64,000 nt of DNA from Sphingobacteriaceae bacterium (GCA_016705695.1 JADJLA010000008.1:2089-66088); one strand, 5' to 3'. Shown: positions 35,093 through 45,780, counted from the first letter of the stretch. Notes: a model not told the origin generated them from the letters alone. Numbers and translations are program-made.

Positions 35093-36118
35093 TTAATTTA
35101 ATTCCCTTAAACCAACAGTTGCTTCGGTAAAGTTAGGCTCAATAGCTAAGCATTTTTTATAATCCTGAGCAGCATTTAATTTATTACCCATTTTAGAATA
35201 AGCGTATCCTCGAGCAAAATAAGCTGCTGCCCATTGGTTATCTTGCTCCAAAGCCTTAGTTAAGTATTCAATAGCCTTGGGATGATCACTTTTTACATCC
35301 AAATAAATGGCACCAATATTATAATTGGCCTGCATATAGTTTTTATCTTTATTTAACAGCGCTATGTATTCCGTAATGGCTTCGTCATATTTTCCAAGGT
35401 CTTGCAAAAGTTTTGCTTTGGCATATTGCGCGTTCACATAGCCCGGATCAATTTTTAAAGCATTAGCATAGTAATCAAATGCAATGGGGTTTTTTCGTGC
35501 AGCAAAAATAATTCCAAGGTCGTAGTAAGCATCGGTCAATCGATTGTCTTGCTCTACTGCCGTTTCTAAACTTGAAATGGCTTTGCTTGTATCGCCGCTT
35601 TCACGATAAATACTTCCCTTAAGATAATACGCCTTTGCAATATTCTCATTTATTTTTAAAGCCTTATTGATATTCTCAATGGCTTCTTTGTATTGCTTTA
35701 CAATAAAATATAATTCCGATAATTTCATTAAAGCTTCTGTACTTTCAGGAAACTTTACAACGGTTCGCTCTAACACTTCCTTTGTTTGGCGCGTTTTGTT
35801 CTCGGCAAAATAAACATCACCTAACAGAATGTAATACGAAGCAACTGTACTATCAATACGAATTGCGCGCTTTGCATCACCTGCCGCCACTTCAAATTGT
35901 TTGTACTGTATGTAAAGTTGGCAACGTTTTATGTATAGATCGGCGTTTGAAGGATCTTCGAGTAATTGTGCGTTAATAGCTTTTAATTCAGGTGAATTTA
36001 ATTTAATACTTAAGCTATCGGCTTTTTCTTGTTCTTCTTGTGTAACAACGGAAGGTTTGCATGAAACAAGAACAGTTGTAAATGAAGTGAATAGTAATAT
36101 AGCTATAAATGACCTCAT
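35093..36118 (-). CDS. tetratricopeptide-repeat lipoprotein
   Basis: Signal peptide with VSC lipobox, followed by about 8 TPR-like 34-aa repeats (A..Y..LG......A...Y..AL..P). Confidence 0.8.
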   Translation of the reverse strand: MRSFIAILLFTSFTTVLVSCKPSVVTQEEQEKADSLSIKLNSPELKAINAQLLEDPSNADLYIKRCQLYIQYKQFEVAAGDAKRAIRIDSTVASYYILLGDVYFAENKTRQTKEVLERTVVKFPESTEALMKLSELYFIVKQYKEAIENINKALKINENIAKAYYLKGSIYRESGDTSKAISSLETAVEQDNRLTDAYYDLGIIFAARKNPIAFDYYANALKIDPGYVNAQYAKAKLLQDLGKYDEAITEYIALLNKDKNYMQANYNIGAIYLDVKSDHPKAIEYLTKALEQDNQWAAAYFARGYAYSKMGNKLNAAQDYKKCLAIEPNFTEATVGLRELN

Positions 36119-36127
36119 GTGATTTTT

Positions 36128-36922
36128 TTAGAGATCGTTGGCTTTAGCAATTAGTTCCGCCACATCCAATACCTTGGTTTTATCTTCTTTATTAAAGTGT
36201 TTTACGCCATCAGTCATCATGGTATTACAAAACGGACAACCTACTGCAATCACATCCGGTTCAAGCGCTAAAGCTTCTTCAGCTCTTTCGGTACTTACTT
36301 CTTTAGTTCCTTTTTCAGACTCTTTGAACATTTGCGCACCTCCTGCACCACAACATAATCCATTGGCTTTGCTGCGTTTCATTTCGGCCAACTCAACATC
36401 TAATTTTTGAATGATCTCGCGTGGAGCTTCGTACACGCTATTTGCTCTTCCTAAATAACACGGATCATGGAATACAATTTTCTTTCCTTTGAATTCGCCA
36501 CCTTGCACTTTTAATTTTCCAACATTGATCAATTCTTGAACTAACTGGGTGTGATGAACTACTTCGTAACTACCGCCAAGCGCAGGATATTCATTTTTTA
36601 AAGTATTAAAACAATGCGGACAACCTGTAACGATCTTTTTTACATTGTACATGTTCATTGTAGTAATGTTTTGCATGGCCTGCATTTGGTAAAGGAATTC
36701 ATTACCCGCACGTTTGGCCGGATCGCCACTACAACCTTCTTCACTTCCTAAAATTGCGAACTTTATTCCTACATGATCTAAAATACGCACAATCGCTTTT
36801 GTGATCTTTTTAGCGCGATCATCAAAACTGCCGCTACAACCAACCCAAAATAATATCTCGGGAGTTTCGCCTGCCGCGGTCATTTCCGCGAACGTTCTTA
36901 CTTTTATTGCTTTATCACTCAT
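36128..36922 (-). CDS. cysteine-rich (CCG-domain) Fe-S oxidoreductase subunit, HdrD/GlpC-like
   Basis: Two CCG-type Cys clusters (VGCSGSFD...GCPHC ; DPCY...LCCGAGG...GCPFC). ATG at 36922 begins 1 nt after the upstream stop, whereas the ORF track start at 36991 overlaps the upstream gene. Confidence 0.8.
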   Translation of the reverse strand: MSDKAIKVRTFAEMTAAGETPEILFWVGCSGSFDDRAKKITKAIVRILDHVGIKFAILGSEEGCSGDPAKRAGNEFLYQMQAMQNITTMNMYNVKKIVTGCPHCFNTLKNEYPALGGSYEVVHHTQLVQELINVGKLKVQGGEFKGKKIVFHDPCYLGRANSVYEAPREIIQKLDVELAEMKRSKANGLCCGAGGAQMFKESEKGTKEVSTERAEEALALEPDVIAVGCPFCNTMMTDGVKHFNKEDKTKVLDVAELIAKANDL

Positions 36923-36923
36923 T

Positions 36924-38243
36924 TTAATTTTCGTTGGTCCAATTGGCTCTGTCCGATTGACTAAACTGCCAAGGCGCTCCGTTATTTTCAATATTGCTGA
37001 ACATATTAGTTAATTCAGCAGGACTTTGACTTTGCTCCATTACTAAAAATCTTCTCATCTCCACAATGATCGCTAATGGATCAATATTTACAGGACACTC
37101 TTGCACGCAAGCGTTACACGTGTTACAAGCCCAAATTTCTTCCGTTGTGATATAATCTCCTAATAAGGATTTCCCATCATCCACAAATGTTCCACCGTTA
37201 GCATCCATGTTCTTTCCAACTTCGGTTAAACGATCGCGCGTATCCATCATGATCTTACGCGGCGATAATTTTTTACCGGTAATATTTTGTGGACAAGCTG
37301 ATGTACATCTTCCACACTCGGTGCAAGTGTAAGCATCCAATAAATTTTTCCAATTCAGATCATGAACGTCCTTTGCGCCAAAACGTACTGGATTGTTTGG
37401 ATCTGTTTTTGGTTGATAAGCAGGATCAAAATTTGGAGCTACCACATCTGTTACTGCTTCAAGAGTTGTGAATTCACCTTTTAATTTTAGATTAGAGTAA
37501 TATGTATTTGGGAAAGCTAATAAAATATGTAAGTGCTTTGAGATAGGAAGATAAACCAAAAATCCAAAGATGCCCATGATATGTCCCCACCATCCAATGC
37601 GTTCAAATAAATGAACTGCAGAAGTACTCATTCCTGAAAAGATCCCTTGAAAATTGGAAGAGATAATGAACTGTGCGGTTTTATGAGTTTCGCCTCTTGC
37701 TTGTAATTCAAGATCGGCTGAATTCATCATCATAATGCACGTGATCAAAAATATTTCCGCGCAAAGAATTAAGTTAGCATCTTTTGTTGGCCAACCTTTC
37801 ATTTCCGGCTTTTGAAAACGCGCTAGGCGAATAATATTCCTTCGTGATAAAAAAGTTATTGTAGCAACAAATGCTAAAACAGAAATGATCTCAATAAAGT
37901 TAATAGTGAACGTATAAAGTCCCGAAAGTGCTGTTCCGTCGATCGCGCGCCAAATTCTTCTGTGCCCACCACTTATACCATCAATAACAATTTCTAATAA
38001 TTCAATTTGAGTAATTACAAATGCAGCATAAATAAAAAAGTGCATGATGCCCGGAACAGGACGCACAACCATTTTGCTTTGACCAAAGGCAACCTTGAGC
38101 ATTGTTTTAAAGCGCTCGCCTTTGTTATCAGAAAGATCAATATCTTTTCCTATAAGGATATTTCTTCTGATCTTTTTTGCGTGATAGGTAAAGAAAATAG
38201 CAACAAAGATCAATAAAACACTAAATACAATAGGACTCAGCAT
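36924..38243 (-). CDS. membrane-anchored 4Fe-4S dicluster protein
   Basis: About 5 N-terminal TM helices, then CTECGRCTSACP and CNTCNACVQECP ferredoxin motifs. Confidence 0.8.
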   Translation of the reverse strand: MLSPIVFSVLLIFVAIFFTYHAKKIRRNILIGKDIDLSDNKGERFKTMLKVAFGQSKMVVRPVPGIMHFFIYAAFVITQIELLEIVIDGISGGHRRIWRAIDGTALSGLYTFTINFIEIISVLAFVATITFLSRRNIIRLARFQKPEMKGWPTKDANLILCAEIFLITCIMMMNSADLELQARGETHKTAQFIISSNFQGIFSGMSTSAVHLFERIGWWGHIMGIFGFLVYLPISKHLHILLAFPNTYYSNLKLKGEFTTLEAVTDVVAPNFDPAYQPKTDPNNPVRFGAKDVHDLNWKNLLDAYTCTECGRCTSACPQNITGKKLSPRKIMMDTRDRLTEVGKNMDANGGTFVDDGKSLLGDYITTEEIWACNTCNACVQECPVNIDPLAIIVEMRRFLVMEQSQSPAELTNMFSNIENNGAPWQFSQSDRANWTNEN

Positions 38244-38249
38244 AACGAA

Positions 38250-39290
38250 TTATGGTTTCAGTTTTTCTTCTTTCGGTTTTTCATCTTCATCTTTTGGCTT
38301 GTTCTTGTCTTTTCTGCCAAACACCGAGAAGTGAATATACCGTTCAGGATTGTAACGAAGATCTTTCAGCAATTTGTCGAGATCAACGGTTGATTTATTA
38401 AGATTATAATACAAACTATCGTTCTTAGCTAATTTACCTAATGTTCCCTGGCCTGCGTTAATGTTAGCCAATAAAGTGTTCAGTTGTTTCATTGATTTAT
38501 CAGTATTATTGATAGCACTTGCTAATTCAGCTTTTGCTAAACTATCGCTCATGTTACTGAAGTTTGTAAGGATATTATCAATTTTCTGACCGTTCTTATC
38601 AAGATTGGCAGTAATTCCATTTAAGTGCGAAAGGATAGAAGAGATCTTTACTTTTTCACTCCCAACTAGATCATCCAATTTATAAGCCGTTTGTTCTAAT
38701 GTTAGAATAGCTTTTCTTACGCTCTCAAATGATTTATCTAAATTTTCGCGTGTTTTTGTGTTAAGAATAGCATTCACAACGGTCATAACCGAATCAATAC
38801 TTCCTATTAAGTTTTCTGCTTTGGCTTTTAAGGGAGCAATTTGAGCGTTTACCGCATTTTGTAAATTAACTTCAGCATCTGCTTCAAGTGTATCGCCACT
38901 TTTTACAAATTCCGTATTATCACTAAAATTGATCTCTACCGCTTTTGTGCCCAATAGGTCGGAACTTATTGCTTTGGCAATTGATCCTTTTGGGATTTGA
39001 ACGTCCTCGGTCAATAAAAATTTAACAAGCACAAAAGCCTTGCCATTTCTTTTTACTAATTGTATGCTGTTTACTTGACCAACTTTATAACCATTTATGA
39101 GTAAAGGACTTGCTGGTATCAAACCATCAATCTTTGGATAAAGTGCATGTAAATAATACTTGTGAGAGAATAGATTAGAGCCTTTTAAAAAACTCAAACC
39201 CCATATGAACGCTACAATAGCTAGGACAACAACAACACCTATTTTGAATTCTTTACTTAATTTCACAGAAAACAATAAATTTGAATGCAT
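38250..39290 (-). CDS. MlaD/MCE-family protein
   Basis: N-terminal TM helix, MCE domain (LINGYKVGQV...), long coiled C-terminus with a K/E/D-rich tail. Confidence 0.75.
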   Translation of the reverse strand: MHSNLLFSVKLSKEFKIGVVVVLAIVAFIWGLSFLKGSNLFSHKYYLHALYPKIDGLIPASPLLINGYKVGQVNSIQLVKRNGKAFVLVKFLLTEDVQIPKGSIAKAISSDLLGTKAVEINFSDNTEFVKSGDTLEADAEVNLQNAVNAQIAPLKAKAENLIGSIDSVMTVVNAILNTKTRENLDKSFESVRKAILTLEQTAYKLDDLVGSEKVKISSILSHLNGITANLDKNGQKIDNILTNFSNMSDSLAKAELASAINNTDKSMKQLNTLLANINAGQGTLGKLAKNDSLYYNLNKSTVDLDKLLKDLRYNPERYIHFSVFGRKDKNKPKDEDEKPKEEKLKP

Positions 39291-39339
39291 AAATATAACG
39301 AATATTTATGAGATAGGTTTAAAGGAATAAGACAATTTT

Positions 39340-39879
39340 ATGCAGAAATTGAAGAACGAAGAGTTGAAAAGATTGAGTGAGGAAGGCTATAGAAATGCCC
39401 AAAAAACACCTATTATGCTTGTTCTTGATAATATAAGAAGTTTGCATAATGTTGGTTCTGCTTTTAGAACTGCCGATGCCTTTTTGATCGAGAAAATTTA
39501 TCTGTGTGGAGTTACCGGAATTCCGCCAAACAAAGAGATAGAAAAAACAGCTTTAGGTGCCACCAAAACAGTAGAGTGGACACATGCAAAAAGTACACTT
39601 GATGCCATTAAAGAATTGAAGAAGGATGGCTATAAAATAGTTTCAGTTGAACAGGCAGATAAAAGCACAAAACTTTATGAATTTAAGGTGAAGAATGATG
39701 AGAAAATTGCTTTGGTATTTGGAAATGAAGTGTACGGCGTTGAGCAAGAAGTGGTGGATGAAAGTGATGTTGTTTTAGAGATCCCTCAATTGGGTTCAAA
39801 GCATTCATTTAATGTTTCGGTAAGTATTGGAATAGTTCTGTGGCAACTTGTAAATGAAAGGATAGCGAGTGAAAGCTAG
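39340..39879 (+). CDS. SpoU/TrmH-family RNA 2'-O-methyltransferase
   Basis: 179 aa. SPOUT motifs LHNVGSAFRTA, VFGNEVYGV, IPQLGSKHSFNVSVSIGIVLW. Confidence 0.85.
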   Translation: MQKLKNEELKRLSEEGYRNAQKTPIMLVLDNIRSLHNVGSAFRTADAFLIEKIYLCGVTGIPPNKEIEKTALGATKTVEWTHAKSTLDAIKELKKDGYKIVSVEQADKSTKLYEFKVKNDEKIALVFGNEVYGVEQEVVDESDVVLEIPQLGSKHSFNVSVSIGIVLWQLVNERIASES

Positions 39880-40321
39880 ATCAATAGTGTTTTTATTTCT
39901 GTTCACCTTAACAGCACATTCCCAAAGCGTAAAATGGGAGAATGATCTTGTTGTAAATTATAAAATGACAGATAGCAATGGAAAAATGAAGAGTGCCGTT
40001 GTAGTAAAAAAGGATACGATACATTACGAATGGTTCGAGAAGGAAAAGGTTTCTAGAAGAATGATCGTTAGAGATACTGTTTTAGAGAACAAACTTGCTT
40101 CAATAGTAGAAAGAAATAGATTTTGGAAATTCAAGAGTGCAAAATTGGCCAAGCCCGGGCCCAATGTTATTTTTGTGTATACAAAGGAAAATAGGCAAAA
40201 AACAATTGTGATACCAACAAATGCTAAACCGGAATCAAAGAAATTGTTATTTGTTAAGGAGTTTTTGGAGCCAATTTTAATAAAGGTATTTGAAGTGGAA
40301 ATAAAAAATTTTCCGAAATAG
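39869..40321 (+). CDS. hypothetical secreted protein
   Basis: 150 aa with signal peptide. Overlaps the trmH-like stop by 11 nt. Confidence 0.55.
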   Translation: MKARSIVFLFLFTLTAHSQSVKWENDLVVNYKMTDSNGKMKSAVVVKKDTIHYEWFEKEKVSRRMIVRDTVLENKLASIVERNRFWKFKSAKLAKPGPNVIFVYTKENRQKTIVIPTNAKPESKKLLFVKEFLEPILIKVFEVEIKNFPK

Positions 40322-40340
40322 AATAGTAATTTATTAAGTA

Positions 40341-40374
40341 AAAAGCGGACTGCTTTTTGCAACCCGCTTTTTTA
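40341..40374. terminator. bidirectional terminator between convergent genes
   Basis: aaaagcgg ... cccgctttttt with A and T runs on both sides. Confidence 0.65.
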
Positions 40375-40384
40375 AAACCCATGT

Positions 40385-42070
40385 TTAATTAAAAGCAAAA
40401 GCCACTTGCGAATTCTTAGGTGATTTTACTTGGTAAGAAAGCGTTAATTTTTTGGTGTCTTTCGCTTGTATGGTTGTTCTCCATGTCAATAAACCACTTA
40501 TCTCTTCGTATTTAGCTCCGGACAATTCTTTTTTCTCTATCACAATGTTCTTGTCTTGCGATAAAGGTAATTGATCTTCAATATCGATCTCAATTTTTTG
40601 TGAGCGCGAATTTTTCATGGTGATCTCATAGGTGTATTGATGAACTTTATCGTTATCAAAGAATTTTTCAAAACTCTTGTCTTTTACTTTGGCACGTTTA
40701 ACGGCTATGTTCTTGTCAATTCCTAATGATAATTGTATGGTATCTTCAACACCTCCCGAAGGCAAACTGGTTTGTCCTATATAAGAACCGTCATAATAAA
40801 TGGAAGCATTTCCAGCCATAATATTTACTTCTTCCCAATCTGGGATCAATGCTGTTAAATACACATTATTGTTCAGCTTCGGAATTGCCTTATAACGGTA
40901 CATTGTTTTTAGATCTTTTACCATGATGGCAGCATAGTGTTCTTTACCATCCGTTGGAATATTGTAATTCAGTTTAATTTCATATTCAGTTTCGATCATG
41001 TTTTCGCTAACAGACGTATAATTGTATGCAAACTCTGCATCTTTTTCCGCTTCTTGAACAACAACTTCTGCTAAGGAAGCAGCGCCAGCAGATTTTGAAT
41101 CATAACTGGCCGGATAATTCTTGTCTCTTCTGTTTGGTTTAATATATCCTAAATACCAAGGGCTCAATTGAGGTAAAGCATACGAACGATTTGGATTTGC
41201 CGTTGAAAGAACCAATTTTACATTGCTCCAATCGTTACCCGATTGTTGATGGATTTGTGCTTTAAAAGTAAGTTTGACATTTTGTTCGGTAGATAAAGCT
41301 CTTAGGTCGTAAGAAGGCGTCCAACCTGCATTGGTGATATAATAATTGAAATTCAAATTGGCTTGACCGGCTTGGTCAGCAATTAAATGAACGATCACAC
41401 GATAATCAACGCGCTCTTCTTCGCCTGTGTTATTTTGATTTGCTAACTCATTATTGATATTGGCCTGACGCTCTAATAATCCACTTTTTTTAAGCTGAAT
41501 TTTTACGCGTTCTTTTTTCAATTTCAACTGTTCGGTATTGATGTTATATAATTTTTCGCGCAAAAATGTAAGTCCGTCTTTCAAGAAAGCAATACTGTCT
41601 TTTTTAGATAACCCCTTATATAAATTATAATTCAACAAAACACCTTTTTCGGTAGTTAATGCTTCTGATTTAGAATTAAGATCTTCTAAGATATAATCAA
41701 GCTCCACAATACTATCACTAATATTCTTAAGGTATTTTTTGAACTTGGCATCACCATTTTCCTTAGCCTTTTCAAATTCGGGATAATAGATCAGATGTTG
41801 AATATCCGTAATTATAAAACCACCTGTTCCGCCAACTTGTATGGCAGACGTATTGATGCAATTTTCCAAACCGGTAAATACAATTGTATTTGGTCCGGGC
41901 ACCACATTAACTATCATGTTTCGATGAACTTGCGCACCCTGCATATAAACCACGATCTTGTCGGGTTTGGTTTTTATTAATTTTTCGTTTTCTGCCTTCT
42001 CGGCAGACAGGTCTGCGGCTTTTGTATGAAACATCGTTATACATAAAACCAATGCTAATATATTCTTCAT
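40385..42070 (-). CDS. DUF4139/DUF4140 (MuiA-like) domain protein
   Basis: Signal peptide at MKNILALVL (ATG 42070 preferred over 42115), N-terminal VVYMQGAQVHR DUF4140-like strand, central coiled coil, C-terminal beta-rich domain. Confidence 0.7.
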   Translation of the reverse strand: MKNILALVLCITMFHTKAADLSAEKAENEKLIKTKPDKIVVYMQGAQVHRNMIVNVVPGPNTIVFTGLENCINTSAIQVGGTGGFIITDIQHLIYYPEFEKAKENGDAKFKKYLKNISDSIVELDYILEDLNSKSEALTTEKGVLLNYNLYKGLSKKDSIAFLKDGLTFLREKLYNINTEQLKLKKERVKIQLKKSGLLERQANINNELANQNNTGEEERVDYRVIVHLIADQAGQANLNFNYYITNAGWTPSYDLRALSTEQNVKLTFKAQIHQQSGNDWSNVKLVLSTANPNRSYALPQLSPWYLGYIKPNRRDKNYPASYDSKSAGAASLAEVVVQEAEKDAEFAYNYTSVSENMIETEYEIKLNYNIPTDGKEHYAAIMVKDLKTMYRYKAIPKLNNNVYLTALIPDWEEVNIMAGNASIYYDGSYIGQTSLPSGGVEDTIQLSLGIDKNIAVKRAKVKDKSFEKFFDNDKVHQYTYEITMKNSRSQKIEIDIEDQLPLSQDKNIVIEKKELSGAKYEEISGLLTWRTTIQAKDTKKLTLSYQVKSPKNSQVAFAFN

Positions 42071-42354
42071 AATGATTTCGTTTGTAATTAAGATGAGGAT
42101 TATTGGAAATTCCATAAAAATGGAAGCAACCCCAATTTTTTAGCCACGGAGACACTAAGGCACGGAGGTTTTTCTAAACTTTGTTTCTTTGCGTCTTTGC
42201 GGTTAAAATTATAGCGGTTTGCGAGTTATGCATTGACCGTGAAACCCTTGAAAACACTACAAAAAGCTTGTAGATGTATTCAACACCCCGCAGTTAACAA
42301 CATTTTGACCTCAAAATCGGCTAAAAAGGCCATTACACTATATTTATTAGCTGT

Positions 42355-45015
42355 ATGAGCACCGCAAAAAAAAATAAATTTAGGGAAACACCTATTCTCG
42401 AAACTACGTTTGTTGAAGATACAGTAGACGAACAAGAAATTGAAGACTTTGAACCCGAGGTTAAAAAACCAAAGGAGAAAAAGAACAAACAAAAGGCCGA
42501 GAAAAAGGAGAAGGTGAAAGAAACCGTTAAGGATACTGAACCTGTTGCAGAAAAAGTTTCTGCCAAAGTAAACTTAAAGCAACGTTTGGATCAGATCCTT
42601 ACGATCTATCGTACTGAGCAAACTCAAAAAATAATTGGACTTGTGCTTATTTTGTTCTCGGCGTATTTTGCTGTGGCATTTGTTTCTTACTTTTTTACGC
42701 ACGAAGTTGATCATGATAAAGTAATGGCGCCCTTGAGCGAATTCTTTAGTAAAGAAGTAAAGGTTCAAAACTGGCTTGGTAAATTTGGCGCGTTATTCTC
42801 TCATTTCTTTATTTATAAAGGATTTGGTGTTGCCTCGTTCATTATGGTTCCCGTTCTAGCTTTGTTTGGAGTTCAAAAACTCATCCAACGTAAATTCATA
42901 AACATTTCTGCATTCAACGCAAAGTGGTTGTTCATAATGGTTTGGTCGTCGTTAACCTTATCATACATTTTTCAAGATCAATTGAATTTTATTGGCGGTG
43001 GTTATGGATATTACATTAACGAACAAATAATAAATGTTTTAGGTGGAGCAGGATTATTAGTGATGTTAGGATTCACAATGCTAACGTTCTTAGTTCTTGT
43101 GGTAAATCTTTCATTTAAATTACCAAAACCTGATTTGAGCGAAAATGAAGCTATAGAAAGTGAAATAGCCGAAACAAAACCTGTTGCCGAAAATGTGGTA
43201 GATGAAGAAGCGGTAAGACTTAGCAAGGAAGAAGAAGAACGCTTACACACATTTGAAGTTAAACCTGCAACCGATGAGCCACCTCTGAATGTTCACGAAA
43301 AAGTTGAATTAGCAATTATTGATTCGCAATTAGATAAACAAGCGCGCGAAGAAATAAAGGAACTATTATTGAATGCTGAACCTGAAGTTACAAAAGACGA
43401 TACAAAAAAAGGCGAAGCAGAATTTGAGGTAAAAGCTACGGTTGAAGAACCTGTAATTACCGAAGAAGAAAATAAAGCGGCAAGTTTAGTTGAGCAATTT
43501 GGTGAGTACGACCCTACCTTAGATCTTGGTTCTTATAAATTCCCTGAGTTCGATCTATTAAATGATTATGGAACCGGACAAGGAAAAGTTAATCAAGAAG
43601 AATTGGTTGCAAATAAAGATCGCATCATCAATACATTAAAAAATTACGGAATTGAGATCGAGAAAATAATGGCAACGGTTGGTCCAACTGTAACACTTTA
43701 CGAAATTGTTCCGGCTGCCGGTGTGCGTATCTCAAAAATTAAAAACCTGGAAGATGATATCGCTTTAAGTTTAGCGGCCTTAGGTATTCGTATCATTGCG
43801 CCAATTCCGGGTAAAGGAACCATTGGTATTGAAGTTCCAAATCAAACACCTGAAATGGTGCCAATGCGTAATATATTAGCGTCTGAAAAATTCAATAATT
43901 CAAATTACGAGTTACCAATTGCTTTAGGAAAAACCATTAGCAACGAGATCTTCATTGCCGACCTCGCAAAAATGCCTCACTTATTAATGGCCGGAGCAAC
44001 TGGTCAAGGTAAATCAGTTGGATTAAATGCGATCTTGGTTTCTCTTCTTTATAAAAAGCATCCTGCGCAAATTAAATTTGTTTTGGTTGATCCTAAAAAA
44101 GTGGAGTTAACCTTGTTCAATAAGATCGAACGCCACTTCTTAGCAAAGCTTCCAAACTCAGAAGATGCTATCATTACCGATAACACCAAAGTAATTCATA
44201 CACTTAATTCATTGTGTATTGAAATGGATAATCGTTATGCATTATTACAAGATGCGCAGGTAAGGAATATTAAAGAGTACAATACAAAATTCATTAACCG
44301 TAAATTAAATCCTGAGAACGGACATAAATACTTACCTTATATAGTATTAGTAGTGGATGAGTTCGCCGACTTAATTATGACGGCTGGTAAGGAAGTAGAA
44401 ACACCAATTGCTCGTTTAGCGCAACTTGCCCGTGCCATTGGAATACATTTAATTATTGCTACTCAACGTCCTTCGGTAAACATTATCACAGGTACAATTA
44501 AAGCTAACTTCCCTGCACGTATCGCATTTAGAGTTACTAGTAAAATTGATTCGCGTACTATTTTAGATTCGGGTGGAGCAGAACAATTAATTGGAAGAGG
44601 AGATATGTTATTGAGTACAGGAAATGATCTTATTCGAATTCAATGTGCATTTGTTGATACACCTGAAGTAGAAAAAATAACTGAATTCATTGGTGCTCAA
44701 CGCGCATATCCAACCGCATTTATGTTACCTGAGTATGTTGGTCCGGAAGGCGAGGGTGGAGCAGGCGAAGTTGATTTAAGCGAACGCGATAAAATGTTTG
44801 ATGATGCTGCTAAATTGGTTGTTCAGTTTCAACAAGGAAGCGCATCTTTTCTTCAGCGTAAATTAAAACTCGGATATAACCGTGCAGGTAGAATTGTTGA
44901 TCAATTGGAAGCAGCCGGATTCATCGGCCCTTTTGAAGGATCAAAAGCTCGCGAGGTATTGGTTAAGGATATGGCTCAGTTGGAGGAAATTTTACAAAAA
45001 TTAAGAAATAAGTAA
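42355..45015 (+). CDS. ftsK: DNA translocase FtsK
   Basis: K/E-rich N-terminus, 4 TM helices, acidic linker, motor domain with Walker A GATGQGKS and VVDEFADL, C-terminal gamma winged helix (LQRKLKLGYNRAGRIVDQLE). Confidence 0.95.
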   Translation: MSTAKKNKFRETPILETTFVEDTVDEQEIEDFEPEVKKPKEKKNKQKAEKKEKVKETVKDTEPVAEKVSAKVNLKQRLDQILTIYRTEQTQKIIGLVLILFSAYFAVAFVSYFFTHEVDHDKVMAPLSEFFSKEVKVQNWLGKFGALFSHFFIYKGFGVASFIMVPVLALFGVQKLIQRKFINISAFNAKWLFIMVWSSLTLSYIFQDQLNFIGGGYGYYINEQIINVLGGAGLLVMLGFTMLTFLVLVVNLSFKLPKPDLSENEAIESEIAETKPVAENVVDEEAVRLSKEEEERLHTFEVKPATDEPPLNVHEKVELAIIDSQLDKQAREEIKELLLNAEPEVTKDDTKKGEAEFEVKATVEEPVITEEENKAASLVEQFGEYDPTLDLGSYKFPEFDLLNDYGTGQGKVNQEELVANKDRIINTLKNYGIEIEKIMATVGPTVTLYEIVPAAGVRISKIKNLEDDIALSLAALGIRIIAPIPGKGTIGIEVPNQTPEMVPMRNILASEKFNNSNYELPIALGKTISNEIFIADLAKMPHLLMAGATGQGKSVGLNAILVSLLYKKHPAQIKFVLVDPKKVELTLFNKIERHFLAKLPNSEDAIITDNTKVIHTLNSLCIEMDNRYALLQDAQVRNIKEYNTKFINRKLNPENGHKYLPYIVLVVDEFADLIMTAGKEVETPIARLAQLARAIGIHLIIATQRPSVNIITGTIKANFPARIAFRVTSKIDSRTILDSGGAEQLIGRGDMLLSTGNDLIRIQCAFVDTPEVEKITEFIGAQRAYPTAFMLPEYVGPEGEGGAGEVDLSERDKMFDDAAKLVVQFQQGSASFLQRKLKLGYNRAGRIVDQLEAAGFIGPFEGSKAREVLVKDMAQLEEILQKLRNK

Positions 45016-45087
45016 TTATTTTAGAACTTTTATGAGAATTGATGCCTAAATTGGCACCGAATTTGAACTATGTAGAGTAAAAGAACC

Positions 45088-45741
45088 ATGAAGAATTTTT
45101 TGATTATATTGAGCTCATTAGTGTTGTTGAATGTGAATGCGCAGGATCAGGACCCAAAAGCAAAAGCTATTTTAGACGACCTGAGCAAAACTACAAAGTC
45201 ATACAAAACCATTACTACTGATTTTGTTTTAACGATGTACAATAAAGACAAAAAACAGATCGAAAAGCAAGCCGGTAAAGTTGTAACAAAGGGTCAAATG
45301 TTTAAGTTGGATATTCCCGGTAACGCAATTGTGTGCGACGGAAAAACTATTTGGAATCATAATAAGGATGCAAAAGAGGTTACTATTAAAACTTTTGACG
45401 CTACTAATAATGATCAGTTAAATCCAAGTAAGATCTTCACCATTTATGAATCGGGCTTTAAGTACAAATATATTGCCGAGGAAAAAGTAGGAACAGTAGT
45501 TTGTCATGCAATTGATCTTTATCCTACCGTTGATCAAGGAAAGAAGAAATATCATTCTATTAAGATATACATTGATAAAACAAAAAAGCAGGTGGTTCAA
45601 ATGAAGGTAATGATGAAAGATCAAAGCACGAATGTGTATGATATTAAAGGACTAAAACCTAATTTATCAATTGACGATAAAGCGTTTACTTTTGACACCA
45701 AACCTTTTAAGCCTGATCAAATTATTGACGAAAGGGACTAG
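45088..45741 (+). CDS. lolA: LolA-like outer-membrane lipoprotein carrier protein
   Basis: 217 aa with signal peptide and LolA-fold length. The position directly after ftsK is conserved in Bacteroidota. Confidence 0.7.
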   Translation: MKNFLIILSSLVLLNVNAQDQDPKAKAILDDLSKTTKSYKTITTDFVLTMYNKDKKQIEKQAGKVVTKGQMFKLDIPGNAIVCDGKTIWNHNKDAKEVTIKTFDATNNDQLNPSKIFTIYESGFKYKYIAEEKVGTVVCHAIDLYPTVDQGKKKYHSIKIYIDKTKKQVVQMKVMMKDQSTNVYDIKGLKPNLSIDDKAFTFDTKPFKPDQIIDERD

Positions 45742-45780
45742 TTGAAAGTATTCTTCGCAGCTCTGCTGCTCAAGTTTTTT

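Noticed and set aside
41907-42566. Small ORFs 41907-42155, 42280-42492 and 42333-42566 around the ftsK upstream region
   Set aside because: They overlap the DUF4139 start region, the repeat tract or the K/E-rich ftsK 5' end on the opposite strand. Their composition is low-complexity and they have no start context.
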